This document shows positions 37,598 to 49,554 of a stretch of 64,000 nucleotides of DNA, one piece after another (position 1 is the first letter of the stretch; every line of letters begins with the position of its first letter). The stretch is from Octopus sinensis (taxonomy: Eukaryota). Below the pieces are notes generated by a model that was given only the letters and a program-made list of their open reading frames with translations, was not told the DNA's origin and did no database searches. The position numbers and the translations under genes are program-made. The DNA is taken from contig NC_043012.1 in NCBI RefSeq assembly GCF_006345805.1, positions 25,482,001 to 25,546,000 of the forward strand. Direction: 5' to 3'.

Positions 37598-37775
37598 GTT
37601 GTTGTTGTTGTTGTCGTCGTCGTCGTCATCATCATCATCATCACCACCACCACCACCACCGCTACTACTACTACTACTATCATCATCATCATCATCACTA
37701 CTACTACTACTACTACTACTATTATTATTATTATTATTATTATTATTTTTATTTTTAGTAGTAGTAGTAGTAGTA
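37516..37775. repeat. Compound trinucleotide microsatellite
   Basis: (TCT)(TAT)(TGT)(CGT)(CAT)(CAC)(TAC)(CAT)(TAC)(TAT) blocks in one phase. Confidence 0.95.
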
Positions 37776-38150
37776 TTTACTTTTAATTTGCATGTTTGTT
37801 ACTGTCACCTGCCGAGACACACCCAGTGTCCTGGGGCGAGTGAAAGATAAGAAGCTTGAGGAGGAGATGTAGCGAAATATCTTCATGTTATAAAACAGAA
37901 ATTTAAAGGGAATGGATTTTTCTGAGGATGTGGTTAGTACTTGTCAGTAGAAACTTTCGGATTTCTCTGAGACATGGTTCTCCTGGGATCCTATCTTCAT
38001 CTTTCTGACATCGTTTTTTTTCAACATACTAAGGACACCTACAATAACAGGAACATTTCTCATTTTAAGGGGCCAAATTTTTTTTGTATTTCAATTTACT
38101 TAGTTTGTCAAATTCCTTTGGGAACACTTACATCTATTAGTCTACATTCT
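37776..38150 (-). mobile_element. R4/Dong-like LINE 3' fragment (subfamily alpha)
   Basis: Minus strand, with frameshifts: CRLIDVSVP..KEFDKLSK..NVPVIVGVLSMLKK..IPGEPCLREIRKFLLTSTNHILRKIHSL* (stop 37903), then 3'UTR and (TAC)n/(AAT)n. Confidence 0.75.
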
Positions 38151-38984
38151 AGAGTTAAGGTTATCCTGGATCCGGTTACCTAGTCGATAATTTTTTGGAG
38201 AATTTGTTTCTGCAGTAGCCTTTTCGACCTTAGGTTGGTTTTCCACTGAATAACACGGTCCTTGTTGTCCCGGGTGATTAACAATTCGACATGACTTTTG
38301 GCCTGTCATTGAGGCATTGACAGTGACAATAGGAAACGGTTCTGTTTGTTGAGAGTTGACCTTTTGACCAGACGCCGCTTCCTTGTTCTTCGAATGGGTA
38401 TATTTATCATATCGTTGGCTGATAGATCGAAAATCGTCTCTATTTTTTGTAGTTATCTTTCCCTGCATAACTATTTGGCATCTTTTAAACTTAGTGACTT
38501 ATTTGCTCCTTTCCATATAGATTTGTGGGAAGTCGCATCGCTTTTGTTTGGTACAGCGTCACTCGTGGCACGTGTTTTTTTTATTTTATTTTCCGTGTGT
38601 TTACATGTGTTTCGTGTAGGCCTTATTTATGTTGCTTATAATTATTAACATGTGCACATGGATGCGTGGATAGCTGTCTGTACAGGTAATTATTCAAATT
38701 AAGTACTTACTTTGTAAGTGGTGTTTTTCCAGGTTTCCTGGCACTGGTTTCGATTTCTCGCGTATATTGCATTGAGACGTTGTGCTCTTCGGAAAGATAC
38801 TACACTTTATATGTGCAAAAATCTTTCCGGTCTTTTAGTTCCTCTACTTTAACAGTACTTTTCCAACAGTTGTATTGCGAAGTCTTCCTTCCATCGCACC
38901 GATGTTAATGGGTTAAGTTTGTTATGTGAAGAGAGCTTCTTAGTGTACGTCCATGTTGTTATTCAACCCGGAGCTATTCGTTTC

Positions 38985-39030
<46 letters not shown>

Positions 39031-39573
39031 GAGTGAGAGAGCATTGCATGCCATCAAAGTGACACTGGGTTAAAATATATGCCCAGTATATATATCATGA
39101 CTACCCATCTGATAAGGGTACATGCATCACAATAATATGTGCGATATATTGTGATCTCATATCAAGATAAACAGTGCATGACCTTGCAGGTGGAGTCCAG
39201 TTAGAATTTTCTTCAGATCGAGTTACCCATCCTGCTCAAAAGGTCCCACAATAAGGCTTGTTTAAGTATGTTGAACAAAACACCCATGTTTCCAGAGGTG
39301 AATTATCCAAATCCCAAAGGATTCCTCTCAGCATATATCTATGGCACTCCCCTACTAATTCTGCTGATGACCACAGATGCACATATCGTCAGCCACTAGG
39401 GGACATGCTCATCTGGCTGAGCTCAAGCAACTGACAAGCAAATCTGTGGTATTCAGCAGAATATTTGCTGTAGCCCATCTTTTATACCAAGACAAAACAA
39501 AGTACATGATAACACTTCCAAACAGTTCAGATCAGAGGCATGAAAGCCACTTCCTGGTACTGCATCCGGCATT
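39031..39573 (-). mobile_element. ~550-bp non-coding element embedded in (TAA)n, copy 1
   Basis: Colinear with 44741-45293; flanked on both sides by (TTA)n. Confidence 0.85.
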
Positions 39574-39593
39574 TATTATTATTATTATTATTA

Positions 39594-39658
<65 letters not shown>

Positions 39659-39659
39659 T

Positions 39660-39835
39660 GCATTTCGTCTGTGTTTATCTTCTGGGTTCTGGGTTCAAAT
39701 TCCACCATGGTTGACTTTGCCTTTCATCCTTTCAGAGTCGATAAATCAAGTACCTGTGGAACACTGGGGTCGACGTTGACGTAATTGACTATCCCCCTCC
39801 CCCAAATTTCTGTTTTTGTGACTATAGTAGAAAGG

Positions 39836-39836
<1 letters not shown>
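39660..39836 (+). mobile_element. Family-A SINE, 5'-truncated
   Basis: GGGTTCAAATTCCACC.TGGTTGACTTTGCCTTTCATCCTTTC...CTATAGTAGAAAGGATT. Confidence 0.8.
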
Positions 39837-39888
<52 letters not shown>

Positions 39889-39911
39889 TATTACTATTAT
39901 TATTATTATAA

Positions 39912-39971
<60 letters not shown>

Positions 39972-40015
39972 TATTATATTATTATTATTAATATTATTGT
40001 ATTATTATTATTATA

Positions 40016-40295
40016 TGAAAAATTACAGCTTATTTTGCTGGGTATGATGAAAAGTTTCAGCTGTCTACAGCCAGCAGACACTAGGTGACTTTTGTTTACT
40101 GCTCATGCTTCAAGAAACCTGCGGAGAACTCTTCCAGTTCGAAGCAATACTGGCTTTTGTAAGTGTTCTACCTTTACACTTGCACCGGTCTTTTTCAGCC
40201 ATGCTGGTAGTTGAGTGCTGATACTTCCAAGTGCACCAATTACTATCGATATTGCGTCTACTCTCCTCATTGACCACAAACTTCAGATCGCTATT
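40016..40295 (-). mobile_element. R4/Dong-like LINE 3' fragment (subfamily beta)
   Basis: Minus strand LWSMRRVDAISIVIGALGSISTQLPAWLKKTGASVKVEHLQKPVLLRTGRVLRRFLEA* (stop 40103), distinct 3'UTR, then (TAA)n. Confidence 0.8.
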
Positions 40296-40349
40296 CTCAT
40301 CATCATCATTATTATGATTATTATTATTGTTGTTGTTGCTATTATTTTA

Positions 40350-41422
40350 TTGTCTTTGCACAGTGTCTAACGCTGGAGATGTACTACAGTGTCAGTTAAT
40401 CACTATCAGTGAACTAAGGTAACACCTCTTATACTTTGAGTACTATCCGGAGTATTCTAGCGGCTCCAAGCAGTGATGTTTTCTGCAAGTGCTCCAGCCT
40501 AACACAGCAGCCCCATTTGTTCCTTGTACGTCTCAAGATTTTTACTCACAGTACCTAGGGCTCCGACAGTTATTGCTACTACTACCACCTTTTTCAGCGG
40601 ATAGAACTGCTTAACCTCCCAAGCTAACCTGTCATATCTATCGACGTTTCTTTCTTCCTTATCGCATACCTTCTTGTCGGTTAGGCATGCTATATGTATG
40701 ATCCGGCATCGTTTGCTTTCTTTCTCAATTAACACTATGTCTGGTTTCCTATTCTCTATCTCATGGTAGCACTGAATCATAAAATCTCGTATGATCTTTG
40801 CATTATCATTTTCGATGATGCCTTCGGGTTTATATTCGTACCAGGTTTTTGCTGTCAAGTCTATACTTGTTGCAAAGTGTCCAACAGATAATCCTTGCTA
40901 TATTGTCTTGAGATCTCTTATATTATTTCTGAGCTAATGGCGTACATTGTCTGGTGATATGCCATACGGTTCCACCATTTTGTCCACCAATTCTACACTT
41001 ATTACTTTCAGATGTGATGTCTAATCTCAATTAGATGTAATTGTTTCTTAATGCTAGCACTTGGGCAGCTCAAATTATAGCATCCGTTTCCCGTTTTAAA
41101 TCACTTTTACGCTTCTTTTGTCTCTCTCTATCTTATCTTCAACATCCCTATGAAATTGTCTATGCATTCTTTTCTTTACCCACCTATTTTCGGTTTCATT
41201 CATTTTCAATTTCTTGTATAATGCTTTAACTTTGCAATCTTTCATCCTACACAAGCCTGACATTCTTCCATTAATATCGGTTCTGTGGCATTTTTTTTAC
41301 ATACCATGCTACGCTGTTTTCTTCTGCTCTAATGCTGTGTTCGCATCCAATCGGTCCTCTTCTCTCGCTTTTCCTTGGTACATACAGTCTGTCTGTGTCA
41401 CTTTTTGAATGAAGTATCCCTT
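40350..41422 (-). mobile_element. R4/Dong-like LINE 3' part: post-RT region, zinc knuckle, restriction-like endonuclease (subfamily gamma)
   Basis: ILHSKSDTDRLYVPR at the 5' end; WYEYKPEGIIENDNAKIIRDF..NRKPDIVLIEK..VVVAITVGALG (RLE); LQKTSLLGAARILRIVLKV*. Confidence 0.9.
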
Positions 41423-41449
41423 CTTACTTCCGATAATAGCGCTAATGTG

Positions 41450-42417
41450 GCATTTTGAATCAAGGATCAACTCCTGGAAGACAAAACTGTACTTAGAGAC
41501 TGCAAGAGGAGGAAAACTATTTTAAGTATGTCATGGATCAGCTATCGTAAGGCGTACGATATGATCCAACATTCTTAGATTATGGAATGTATGCATCTAT
41601 TTGGTATTGCACCAAATGTTGAGAGGTTGCTCGGAAAAAGTATGACGAAGTGGAGGACGGAACTGACAGCATGTGGAAGAAATTTAGGGACAATAGAAAT
41701 CAGGAGAGGCATCTTATAAGTGGACCACCTGTCTCCCATGATCTTTGTACTATGCATGATACCACTAACACTGATTCTGAGGAAAGCAAAGGCTGAGTGC
41801 GTATTGAAGTGCCGCTAACAAAAAGTCAACCACTTGTTATTCATGGATGACCTCAAACTTTATGGTAAAGATGAAACCCAAGTCAGTTCCCTCGTTGATA
41901 CTGTATATACTTTCATTGCTGATACCAAAATGGAGTTCGGAGTGAAAAAGTGTGGTGTGTTAGTCTTAAAGAGAAGCAAAATGAAATGTATGGGCAGGCT
42001 AGCAATACATTCGGAGGAGGTTATGAAGCAGATAGAAGAGACGGGCTATAAGTACTTGGGGATTTGGAAATGGATAAATTAGTGGAGAAAGAAATGACAG
42101 AATAATTTAAGGTGGAGTACTTGCGCAGACTGAGAGTGGTCCTTAAGTCGAAATTAAACGGATGGGATAAGATTGAAGCTATCAACACCTAGGCGGTTTC
42201 ACTCCTTAGATATGGGCGGAGGTGATCGCACGGATTGTAGACGAACTAAACAGCTTAGACAGAACGACAAGGAAGTTGCTGACTAGATATGCGATACTCC
42301 AACCAAAAACTGAGACAGAAAGACTTTATGACCCCCCCAAAGGGGAGCGGAAAGAGGACTTATTGGAATGCGAACACATCATTAGAGCTGTAAAAAACAA
42401 CATAGCGTGGTATGTAA
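41450..42417 (+). mobile_element. R4/Dong-like reverse transcriptase fragment (inverted relative to its neighbour)
   Basis: KDQLLEDK..SWISYRKAYDMIQHS..EIRRGI..HLSP..NHLLFMDDLKLYGK..EFGVKKC..YKYLGI, ending AILQPKTETERLY...NNIAWYVN. Confidence 0.9.
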
Positions 42418-42468
<51 letters not shown>

Positions 42469-42570
42469 GAGAGAGCAGTGCATGCCATGAAAGTGACACT
42501 GAGGTAAAATATACGAAGCTTGATATACCAATCATGATTACTCTGTTGATAAGGATACACCAATGCCTAG
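42469..42570 (-). mobile_element. Truncated copy of the ~550-bp (TAA)n-embedded element
   Basis: GAGAGAGCAGTGCATGCCAT.AAAGTGACACTG.GGTAAAATATACGAAGC matches the left end of the two long copies. Confidence 0.8.
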
Positions 42571-42595
42571 TATATTATTATTATTATTATTATTA

Positions 42596-42637
<42 letters not shown>

Positions 42638-43745
42638 TATGTTTGACTTTTGCTTTATATTTGTACAAGTTGGCTCCAAGTCTCACCCAGAGACCTCAAG
42701 AGACAACAGGGTTGGAAGTTCATGTTGTTGTTATGACTAGTGTGCCATATATTTGGGGGGTGGGATGTTGTACTAATGAATGTCTAAAAAAAAAAAGTTT
42801 TTTTTTTTTTTTTTTTTAAACCGAAAATTATGGTGTTTTAAACCTTGAGGTTACATAGAGAGTATTTTGCGTAGGATATGAGCAGTTCCCATGAGCACTA
42901 TCTTTTGAACTTCTGCCATTTTTGGGTTTCCTGGTATCTGAGTTAGGTAGCTATCAGCCCCTTTTGCTATCATTCCCAGGGCACCTATGACAACAGGTAT
43001 TGTTTTAGTCTTCAGCTTCCACATTTTGCTGATTTCTATTTCAAGATCTTTATATTTGCTCAGTTTTTGGTAGGTCCTGACAGATACGTTATATCGATTG
43101 GGACAGTCATATCAATGAGGAGGCATGTTCTTTGTTTGAAGTCTTTCAATATGATGTCTGGCCTATTTGCATCTATCTTCCTGTCAGTTTGAATGGTGAA
43201 GTTCCAGAGGAGTGAGATGTGGTCATTTTCAAGCACTGGGGGTGGTTTGTGTTCCCACCAGTTTTTTTCATGGGGCAAATCCAGGTTTTTACAGATTACC
43301 CAGTGAATATATTGTGCAGCTCTATCGTGCCTGTTGAGATACTCTGTAGGCGCTAGAAGACTGCACTTGGAGACCACATGGTCAATGGTTTCATTTTGTT
43401 GCTTGCATACACGACACGTTGGACTGCTTCTGATCTTTAATATGTTGGCCTGGTAGTTTCTTGTTGGTAGGCATTGATCTTGAGCTGCTATGATAAACCC
43501 TCTGTTTCAGATTTAAGCCAGAGGCCATTAGCCATTGATGGGTCAGGGCTTTGTCGATGTCTGCATTATTCGCTCTCTTTGGGTATTTGCCGTAGAGAGG
43601 TTTTTCTTGCCATTTATTATTCAGAATATCTAAGGCCGCAGTTTTGGCACGGGTTTTCATGCGCCTAGCTTTTTCTGTGCTTGTTTCTTGTATGTCTATC
43701 TCTAATTCCGAAATTGGTTGTATTCGGAATTCACTTAGATATTCC

Positions 43746-43747
<2 letters not shown>
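42638..43747 (-). mobile_element. R4/Dong-like LINE, 5'-truncated 1.1-kb copy (subfamily delta)
   Basis: With frameshifts: WQEKPLYGKYP..SETEGFIIAAQDQCLPTRNY..CRVCKQQNETIDHVVSKC (CCHC)..ENDHISLLWNFTIQTDRKIDANRPDII..IDMTVP..VIGALG..HILRKILSM* (stop 42851). Confidence 0.92.
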
Positions 43748-43782
<35 letters not shown>

Positions 43783-43965
43783 TATTATTATTAATATTAT
43801 TATTATTATTATTATTATTATTATCGTTATTATCATTATTATTATTATTATTGTTGTTGTTATCATTATCATTATTATTATCATTATTATTATTATTATT
43901 ATTATTATTGTTGTTGTTGTTGTTGTTGTTGCTGTTGTTATTATCATTATCATCATCATTATTAA

Positions 43966-44032
<67 letters not shown>

Positions 44033-44148
44033 CATTATTATTATTATCATAATTGTTATTATTATCATTATTATTATCATTATCTTTATCATCATCCTCA
44101 TCCTCATCATCATCATCATCATCATCATCATTATTATTATTATTACGT
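43748..44148. repeat. (ATT)n/(ATC)n/(GTT)n compound array between two R4-like copies
   Basis: Direct reading. Confidence 0.95.
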
Positions 44149-44717
44149 TATGTTTGACTTTTGCTTTACATTTGTACACGGCTCCAAGTCTCACCCAGAG
44201 ACATCAAGAGACAACAAGTTGGAAGTTCATGTTGGTGTTATGCCTAGAGTGCCATATATTTGGTTTTGTACATAGGGTTGTTCTAGAGAATGTTTAAGAA
44301 ACCATAAGAAAATTATGTGTTTGTTTTAAATCTTGAGATTACATAGAAAGTATTTTGCGTAGGATATGTGCAGTTCCCATGAGCACTATCTTTTGAATTT
44401 CTGCCATTTTGGGGTTTCCTGGTATCTGAGCTAGGTAGCAATCAGCCTCTTTTGCTATTATTCCCTATGACAACATGTATTGTTTTAGTCTTCATGTTCC
44501 ACATTTTGCTAATTTCTCTTTCAAGATCTTTATACCTGCTAAGTTTTTGGTAGGTCTTGACAGATACGCTTATATTGATTGGGACAGTCATATCAATGAG
44601 GAGGCATGTTCTTTGTCTGAAGTCTTTCAATATGATGTCTGGACTATTTGCATCTATCTTTCTGTCAGTTTGAATATTGGAGTTCCAGAGGAGTGAGATG
44701 TGATCATTTTCAAGCAC
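44149..44717 (-). mobile_element. R4/Dong-like LINE, 0.57-kb 5'-truncated copy (subfamily delta)
   Basis: LENDHISLLWNSNIQTDRKIDANSPDIILKDF...; 3'UTR near-identical to the 42638 copy. Confidence 0.9.
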
Positions 44718-44740
44718 TTATTATTGTTATTATTATTATT

Positions 44741-45293
44741 GAGTGAGAGAGCAGTGCATGCCATCAAAGTGACACTGGGGTAAAATATACGAAGCCCAAT
44801 ATACCCATCATGACTACCCGTCTGATAAAGGTACACCAGGCACATGCATCACAACCATATGTGCGCGACATGATGATCTCATATCAGATAAACAGCCCAT
44901 GACCTTGCAGGTGGGGCCCAGTTAGAATATTTCTTCAGATTGAGTAGCCCATCCCGCTCAAACGGTCCCTGAATAAGGGTTGTTTAAGGATGTTGAAAGA
45001 ACCACCCATGTTCCAGAGGTGAACTATTCAAAACCCAAGAATCCCTCTCAACACATGGCTATGATGCTCCCCCACTACTTCTGCTCGTGATCAGAGATGC
45101 ACATATGTCAGCCACGAAGTGACATGCTCAATGGTTAAGGTCAAACAACTGACAAGCAAATCTGTGGTATTGAGCAGAATATTTGCTGTAGCCATCTTTT
45201 ATACCAAGACAAAACAATGTACATGATAACACTTCCAATCAGTTAAGATCAGAAGCCATGAGAGCCACTGCCTGGTATACTGCATCAGGGCAT
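44741..45293 (-). mobile_element. ~550-bp (TAA)n-embedded element, copy 3
   Basis: Colinear with 39031-39573; (TTA)n on both sides. Confidence 0.85.
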
Positions 45294-45371
45294 TTATTAT
45301 TATTATTATTATTATTATATTATTATTATTATTTTAGTATTATTATTATTATTATTATTATTATCATTATT

Positions 45372-45505
45372 AGGCGGCGAGCTGACAGAATCATTAGCGC
45401 TCTGGAGGAAATGCTTAGCGGTAGTTCATCCTTTCATCCTTTCATCCTTTTGGGGTCGATGTATTGAGTACCAGTGAAACACTGGGGTCGATTTAATCGA
45501 CTAGT
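45372..45505 (+). mobile_element. Family-A SINE, internally deleted
   Basis: GGCGGCGAGCTGACAGAATC head joined to CTTTCATCCTTTTGGGGTCGAT; B-box missing. Confidence 0.75.
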
Positions 45506-45784
45506 CTTCTATTGTTATTATTAGTATCAGTATTAATATCATTATTAATTCTGTTGTTGTAGTTCTTGTCATTATTTTTACAATCAAGTAATGGGAAACT
45601 ATTTAATCTTCTGAGAGCTACTAACATTTTTATACTCTTCAGTTCAAAACAAGCTAACGTGTCATGGTTAAATTTGTAATTATCATTGCTATTACTATCA
45701 TTACTACTACTACTACTACTACTAGTGTTGGTGTTGGTGTTGTTGTTGGTGGTGGTCTTTTCATTATAACTGTACTGAACAAAT

Positions 45785-46102
45785 TGGCTACTTTCCTGTA
45801 GAATTCGGTGTGGATTTCTCCTTCTTCCGTTATTTTCAAGCAGTGATAGGGATTCACGTGTCATGATGTTCTACAGTGAACCGTATGTTGATGTCCCTGT
45901 TGTTGAACGTCGTGAATATTCCGTCTGCCTCTTCACGGGAGGATGTAAGTATGAGGATGTCATCTACGTACCTGATGAAGAAGGCGCACAAACGGCAGAT
46001 GTTGAGTGCTCGACGTTCCAGATATTTCATATAGGTGGTGGCTGGTAAGCCCGAGAGACTGAATGCCATGGGTAGACCTGTTGTCTGTTTGTATATGTGA
46101 TC
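45785..46102 (-). mobile_element. Penelope-like element reverse transcriptase fragment
   Basis: DHIYKQTTGLPMAFSLSGLPATTYMKYLE..FIRYVDDILIL..FNNRDINIRFTVEH, then after a frameshift SLSLL..ITEEGEIHTEFYRK (PLE RT motifs GLPMG, RYVDD, FT.E, T..YRK). Confidence 0.88.
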
Positions 46103-46351
46103 TATCTATCTATTTGTCTGTCTGTGTGTGTATCTATCTATCTATCTATCTATCTATCCATCTATCTATTCATTGATCGATGTAAATGGCTGTCTCATTG
46201 CTTGTCTACTGCTCTCTTTTTTTTCTCGCCCTTTCGCTTTCTGTTTGCATCTTAATGCATACATACAAACACAAAATGCACACAGAGTCACACACAGACA
46301 TATCCACACAACTACAGACACACATATATAAATACGACGGGCTTCTTTCAG

Positions 46352-46451
46352 NNNNNNNNNNNNNNNNNNNNNNNNNNNNNNNNNNNNNNNNNNNNNNNNN
46401 NNNNNNNNNNNNNNNNNNNNNNNNNNNNNNNNNNNNNNNNNNNNNNNNNNN
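46352..46451. other. Assembly gap of 100 N
   Basis: Run of exactly 100 n. The left flank ends inside a minus-strand family-B SINE (GACGGGCTTCTTTCAG). Confidence 0.99.
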
Positions 46452-46455
46452 TGTT

Positions 46456-46512
<57 letters not shown>

Positions 46513-46684
46513 TGTGTGTGTGTATGTAGACAACAGACAACACAAAAAATACACACACACATATATTAATATAGATACTTATACATATATTTACACATAT
46601 ATGTAAAGACATACACATGCGAATTCGTAAATGTACATATAAACGTATGTACATACATACATAGATACATACCTATATCTATAG

Positions 46685-46750
<66 letters not shown>

Positions 46751-47207
46751 CTCACTATATCTATCTATCTAAAACAGAGGGTTACCCACTTGCAAACAAT
46801 GTGATAACATATAACAATATTGACCAAGGTTACCGTGGTCTTTTTCGTAGGCTGTTTCTCAAACGGATAAACCTTACTTGCTTTCCCTTTAAACACATCA
46901 TGCCACTGTGATACACGATCCCTATTGATCGTTTTTTTCCTCTCACCCTTTTTTCCTCTTTTTTCTTCTTTTTTCATTTTTCTTTTCTTTTTTTCCCTTT
47001 TTCTTTTTTCTTTTCATTTTTTTTCTTTTTTCTTTTTTTGTTCTTTTTTCCCTTTTACGATCCTTTTGATCGAAAACTACCGCCACCTTTTTTTTTTCTC
47101 CCCCAAAAGAAAAGCTCTACCTTGTAACTTGTCCCATCTGTGTGCAGCCCTGTGTGGCCAATAAAGAAACTTATCTATCTATGTATCTATCTATGTATCT
47201 ATCTATG

Positions 47208-47299
<92 letters not shown>

Positions 47300-47609
47300 A
47301 ATTCTATTCTATTCTATAGCCACATATGCGTTCGGTTTTGTAACTTCTGCAATACTCCTTGGCATCATTTCTCAGTTAATTTTTTAATTCTAATTTTTCT
47401 TCTCCAATTTCTCTCTTTTCACCACTCAAGACATTTCTCAAATCCCAATCTTACTACAATTTCTTCTACTTACTTTATTTCTTCTGTATTTATCTCTTTT
47501 TACCACTTCTCTCGCATTCCGTGCCTGGTTCCCTGTTTTCTTCTAAATCTCATTTGTATTCTATTCCCAAGCATCTTTCTGTTTGTACGTTTCTGCATGT
47601 GTGGTGTCT

Positions 47610-48015
<406 letters not shown>

Positions 48016-49133
48016 TGTACGGCCATATTCAATCGATTTGGTAATTGTGCTTTCGAAACACGTGTGTGAATGAAATAAAACGATTTATGTCAACTGGTGC
48101 TCCTTTCTTCATTGCAACAATGATATATATGTATACATACATACATATATACGTACATATTTACGTATGTATTTGTGCGTGTGAAAGTGTGCCTGTGTGT
48201 ATGCATGCATGAATGTATGTACGTATCTTTCAGCTTTTTTTCCTGTTTTCCTCTGTGTCGTGCATGATTGTTCGCCGCAGAAACCTAGAATAGCAGTAGG
48301 CAGACGATCTCATGTAGCTATTACTAATCCACACAAAGATTGGTGTTCCAGGTGACACGAAACACAGATGAAATGACAAGTTCAGTTGCGGTCATAGGAT
48401 AAATCAATACTGATATTTTGATGGTCAGCTGCCGTTCTCCAAACCCGAAATCTTGATCTTTAGACAACATCAAATCCGCCATGTTTATAATATGCATTTG
48501 TGCGATAATTTCGAAAATAGAGCCAACGGCCTGGCATTTTGTGATCCGATTTATTTCTGACAGGCGGATCGCTTCTAAGTAAACGAAGTTGTGATTGTCA
48601 TGCCATTGTCAAAACTATTTGCGTTGAGAATGTATTTTAAATTAGTCACAACAAACAATTGAAACTGAGTGGGAGAATTTCGTATGACCACCAGAAGAAC
48701 GCTGAACTCTATCGTACGCTGGCATGGGTAAGGTCATAAAAGCAGATTCAATTTCCATGCAGTTTATCACGAATTCTTTTTTTTTTGTCCTGGGTGAGAT
48801 CTGAAGTTCCAAAGATGAAAATCAGAAGATGGAATGCTTTGCGATCTAATTCTGTCGAAGAGAGATTTAATTAGAGGTTAAATAGCTCATTAAGGGATAA
48901 AAAAACCCCAATGAATTACTGGTTTGTTACCTATTATTTTGTTGTGAAAATTTATATTCCTAATATAATAGGTTTAAGTAAAAATCTTGGATGATAAATA
49001 TTCAACTTAAAAGTTAGAAAATGATGTAGCATTAACATAATTTATTAACTGCAAAAATTCAACATGTTCACTTTTTGGAGTTGATAAATGATATTAATGC
49101 TACATCTCCATTTTCTGGATTTTAATTTACACA

Positions 49134-49179
<46 letters not shown>

Positions 49180-49224
49180 GTATGTATCAATATCTATCTA
49201 TGTATATATCTATCTATCTATCTA

Positions 49225-49276
<52 letters not shown>

Positions 49277-49505
49277 GTTTGTTTGTCTGTCTGTCTATCT
49301 ATACACAGACACACACACGCACGCGCACACACACAAACAAACACACATACTCTTTTGTATAATTACATTCTTTGTTTCTCTCTTTCATTCCAGAAGATAT
49401 ATGCCATGATAAGACGTCATTTAATGTGGACTCCAAGGGTGTTCAAGGCAACTTACTTTTTATGACAAAGCCCCTTACGACTCCAGCAAGATAAAGAAGA
49501 AAAAG

Positions 49506-49554
<49 letters not shown>

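Noticed and set aside
44790-44840. Hammerhead or HDV-like ribozyme in the 550-bp element (CTGATAA...; 5' GCCCTGATGCAG)
   Set aside because: Core bases deviate, stems do not close, and the pairing is not conserved between the two full copies.
46166-46654. ORFs spanning the N run
   Set aside because: Artefacts of the 100-N gap and flanking repeats.
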